NCBI GenBank assembly: GCA_013349695.1
Contig: DUZD01000003.1
Span: 1 to 32,711 of the forward strand
Length of the DNA: 32,711 bases
Source of the DNA: Rhodospirillaceae bacterium
GTDB taxonomy: Bacteria; Pseudomonadota; Alphaproteobacteria; Rhodospirillales; 2-02-FULL-58-16
Direction of reading: 5' to 3'
The position numbers and the translations under genes are program-made. The notes under the pieces are model-generated. The model had not been told where the DNA came from, did no database searches, and worked only from the letters and a program-made list of their open reading frames with translations. Below are positions 30,601-32,711 of the stretch, piece after piece. Positions within the stretch are counted from its first letter, which is position 1. Every line of letters begins with the position of its first letter.

Positions 30601-32001
30601 GCCGACACTCATGCCGGCGGCCAACTCGCCATAGAAGCGCTCGACCAGCAGGCGCGCCGCCTCCACGTGCACCGAATGGCTGAAGGCGACGACGCTCCCG
30701 ACGCCGCTGTTGAGCAGGGCCGGCGCCACCGAGCCGAACACCGGCCGGTCGGCGAGGTCGGCGCTACGGCAAGCCTCCAGCAGCACCAGCGGCACGCCCT
30801 GTCTCACCATCAGGTCGCCGAGGCGGGGTCCCGCGATCAGGTCGGTAGTGGCCGCGCCGTCCTCGAAGGCCAGGGCGCCGACGCCGGTCCTCGGCAGATA
30901 GGTGCCGTGGCCGTCGAAATGGACGATATGGAAGGGCTTGCCGTTCTTGCGCGCCTCGGAAACCTGCTTCTCGAGCTGTCCGAAGGTGGGCGGCTCGCAG
31001 AATTCGAGATCAAGCTGGCCGGGACCCAGGGCCTCGAGGGCGTCGAGCATGGGCGCGATGCTGTCGCGCGGGTCGAGGAATCCGGTGTCGGTGGGCCGGC
31101 TGACGATCGACAGAACCCGGAGCGGCAGGCCAAGCTCGGGTGTTCGGGTCTCGCCGGACTCGCGAAGCTGGCGGCGGAGGCTTACCCCCTGGAAGGTCAA
31201 TGGGCGGTCCTCGGCGTCGCGCAGCATCTCCCAGGGCTGGCCGAGGACCTCGGCGTCGTCGCTGGCCAGCGTCAGCAGCACCGGCCGGCCGTGGGCGACG
31301 GCCTTGGCCAGGTCGCCATGAACCTCCCCACCGGTTCGGTTGTCGAACAGGGCCTCGAATAGTTCCCCGCCCCATCGTGAAAGACAGGACTCCAAACCCT
31401 TGGCGCGCACCCGGTCGCCGGCGCCGGGAAACTGCGGGTAGGTTTCCAGGTACCAACGAAGCTCCTCCAGGCCCTTGCCGTCGAGGGGCAGGGCAAGCTC
31501 GAATGGCGGTGCGTGCCAGCGGCCCATCGGCGCGCCGTCCTTGCTCTCGACCACGAGGCGGGCGTGATAGGGCGGGCGACGGATGCGCGCCCCAGCGGTG
31601 GGCGCGCCCACATGCTTCCGTATGGCCGTCAGCAGCTTCGTCAGCCCGGCGTCGTAGTCGTCCCTGAAATCGGCGTGGCTTTTGTCGCGCAGCAATCGCG
31701 GAATGTCGCAGTCCTCGATCAGGACCGGGACGATGTGAACCTTCCGGCTGGTGGCCTCGTCCGCGATATGGGCCTGCCACTCCTTCTCCACCCAGCCCGA
31801 CCGGACACTTTTCCGGGACAGCACAAGAACGAGAAGGTCCGAGTCATCGAGCCCCAATTGGATGTTTTGCGCGATGGAATCGCCCGGCAGAATTTCGTCG
31901 TCGTCGAGCCAAACGCCGATGCCTTCCGCCTTCAGATCATCGGCGAGGCGCGTGACGAGCAACTTGTCGCTGCTGGAGTGAGAGAGAAAGACTCTGGGCA
32001 T
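27613..32001 (-). CDS. TIR - CHAT (caspase-like protease) - STAND NTPase - TPR multidomain protein, 1462 aa
   Basis: TIR: VFLSHSSSDK, VWLD, WVEKE (E74). CHAT: VHFDGHG (H365), LLEACRS (C411). STAND: FHGRARE, AMGGMGKT (K575), LLVWDNFE (D648), LLVTCR, DHPL. TPR repeats such as LGDLANALMELGRFDEALEASERGLAI. GGGAAGGG upstream of the ATG. Confidence 0.92.
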   Translation of the reverse strand: MPRVFLSHSSSDKLLVTRLADDLKAEGIGVWLDDDEILPGDSIAQNIQLGLDDSDLLVLVLSRKSVRSGWVEKEWQAHIADEATSRKVHIVPVLIEDCDIPRLLRDKSHADFRDDYDAGLTKLLTAIRKHVGAPTAGARIRRPPYHARLVVESKDGAPMGRWHAPPFELALPLDGKGLEELRWYLETYPQFPGAGDRVRAKGLESCLSRWGGELFEALFDNRTGGEVHGDLAKAVAHGRPVLLTLASDDAEVLGQPWEMLRDAEDRPLTFQGVSLRRQLRESGETRTPELGLPLRVLSIVSRPTDTGFLDPRDSIAPMLDALEALGPGQLDLEFCEPPTFGQLEKQVSEARKNGKPFHIVHFDGHGTYLPRTGVGALAFEDGAATTDLIAGPRLGDLMVRQGVPLVLLEACRSADLADRPVFGSVAPALLNSGVGSVVAFSHSVHVEAARLLVERFYGELAAGMSVGEALAEARRALHANRARWLHLGPEAETVNLDDWFIPQLYQVGDDPALTAGAAAEPEREWARTGVAARLHGFPPPPVYRFHGRARELLALERQFRDHPAVLLHAMGGMGKTALAREAAAWWLRAGRFEAAVFVSFEQWAGADQVAQRIGAALGDEGFAALPQEEQWRQAVALFRTRRVLLVWDNFESTLPAFQEGEEAADGGTDGLGVYTAEARQGLARLYRDLTDGAPLGRLLVTCRPEETELPAIKEVALEGLARPDSLHLLAAVLDAKSIDTGRPGYERERVERLLDALADHPLSIALVAPHLKARTPDRIREEFGEPLEEFADAAAAEGRNRSLLASLAFSKRRLSEAAQAALPYLAWFRGGVFEGLFIIFAELDPEAWEATRAELVATALVRVETVEVFSTPFLRFHPTLPHAARAADVADPEATEKRFIGVYLADMRATDKALRGGQPAAAMLSMSLEEANYRAAIRRAFRRGGRSEGQALAGTLRTFLQMAGRPRERDEVVAWVRERMPVDETLDGAACAAIRDHAWSRFTQGHGDEAIATLEDLIRRLADEGLADSADPALQLALSQLYLGRLLDSHGRPDRALEPLGRAIAQFEGLGEAQRGNLAAALGDLANALMELGRFDEALEASERGLAIRRDLGHDREVAAGLGRAATILTRLQRYAEADARYTEALAAARDAGDLELQGTFLQHQGILHGAQGRFDRAVALYQQALEFFRRADDAGGEMQTADLLANAEAQRGQLDVAEAWYGRARELAKRLNDRRQLAANAHNVGILHQNRAEQTKDPGEREAWLRRAVDSIRESLAIVLEMNDRPGAAKSHFQLGVLHRMLGELDEAERNARESLAICESLRLPDVYMDYGNLAKIARARGDTAAAAEWQAKHDTKVEEIGRLRRGGGEDGAVPDDLVKAILALAQAAFQARGGGALPPDAAEALARLADYPAPLDAVGAFLRAVADGKPPPPVPGALPAKLREILDALAESIRDGDPDR

Positions 32002-32139
32002 CCCTTCCCCCGAATATCGGAATGCGTTTTCGTTGAGTATAGCGAGCGAAATTCTCGATGGGAAATGTCATCGTCCGCCTGGCGAACCGTTATGGGCGAG
32101 AGGGCGATGCCCGGGGGCGCCAAGCGCAAGTCCTTTGCT

Positions 32140-32175
32140 TCGGCGGCCAGTCGATCGATGGTCTGGGTCGCCGTC
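32140..32175. repeat. Imperfect direct repeat, copy B (about 140 bp upstream of the TIR-CHAT start)
   Basis: 31/36 identical to 27598..27633. Confidence 0.8.
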
Positions 32176-32243
32176 CGACGGGTTCGTTGCGAAGTCGAAA
32201 CATCCGCTCGCCGCAACTGCATTCGAAGTTGGATCGCCAAATA

Positions 32244-32711
32244 GCCCTGAACATCAAAGCGGACGTCGGAGTGAAGGAGCGGATTTTCCATATCTAGTGG
32301 CCCGCGTCAGCCAAATTGCACCCCTACGATCGCTTTTCCCGTTTCCTCGGCAGAAGGGGGCGCGCAGGCGATGCAGGGACATCGTCAAGCGTTCCCGACG
32401 CCCCGAGGGGACGGGAAAAGCGACCCTTCGGGCGGTCTTGCGAGGCTTCCAGACGTCGTCGCGTGCCGCTTGTGGTGCACAGACACCACGGCGCAACGCG
32501 CTCCTAGCCGGAAACCTCGCAAGACCGTCGTAGGGGTGCAATTTGGCTGACGCGGGCCACTAGAACGTCAATGCCTACGACAGCCGGCTGAAGGGATGGG
32601 TGCAAAGGTTCAACGGAGTGGCGACCAGATACCTGGACAGCTATCTGGGTTGGCGACGGTTCTTTGAGCGTCATAAGGAAGAGGCGACCAATCCAAAATC
32701 ATGGTTGATCG
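32244..32711 (+). pseudogene. IS1595-family transposase C-terminal remnant, split by the CTAG element
   Basis: Removing the insert gives [50 protein letters not shown], matching the IS1595 HIQNVN...RLK.W..RF.GVAT.YL..YLGW motif. Confidence 0.85.
32294..32563. mobile_element. Non-autonomous structured element (MITE-like) with CTAG at both ends
   Basis: Perfect 37-bp inverted repeat 32293-32329/32528-32564 including CTAG; internal arms 32330-32342/32411-32423 (13/13) and 32433-32450/32510-32527 (17/18); no transposase. Confidence 0.9.

Noticed and set aside
28859-31362. 523-aa and 513-aa ORFs overlapping the TIR-CHAT-STAND gene as possible partner genes
   Set aside because: Fully nested shadow frames with low-complexity composition and no domain motifs.
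31932-32297. 119-aa (-) and 79-aa (+) ORFs upstream of the TIR gene as a protease substrate gene
   Set aside because: They span the IS1595 remnant and repeat copy B, the minus ORF overlaps the TIR start, and neither shows a recognisable domain.

Overview
GC-rich alphaproteobacterial chromosome segment, Rhodospirillales-like by gene content and order. Most of it is housekeeping genes: guaA, an Atm1-type ABC exporter, mnmA, trpF, trpB-trpA-accD-folC, trxA-addA-addB-murU-amgK-tsaE, a ferredoxin-NADP reductase, an enoyl-CoA hydratase, mutM and ubiE. Accessory DNA sits at four places. (1) A lower-GC orphan GNAT-like gene follows guaA. (2) A palindrome-rich spacer separates a flipped trpF from trpB. 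(3) An ISAzo13-family IS carries an internal deletion. (4) After ubiE, where ubiB normally lies, there is a 1462-aa TIR + CHAT (caspase-like) + STAND NTPase + TPR protein with apparently intact catalytic residues. That gene is bracketed by a 36-bp imperfect direct repeat. On one side it is flanked by an ISAzo13-like MITE containing a REP doublet; on the other by an IS1595 transposase remnant split by a highly structured CTAG-ended element. A diverged, co-varying second copy of that element is cut off at the window start. The best candidate for a novel system is the NLR/Avs-like dual-effector TIR-caspase protein in its cassette-like setting; the CTAG-ended structured repeat family is second. 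All assignments come from motif recognition and hand alignment; no searches were run.
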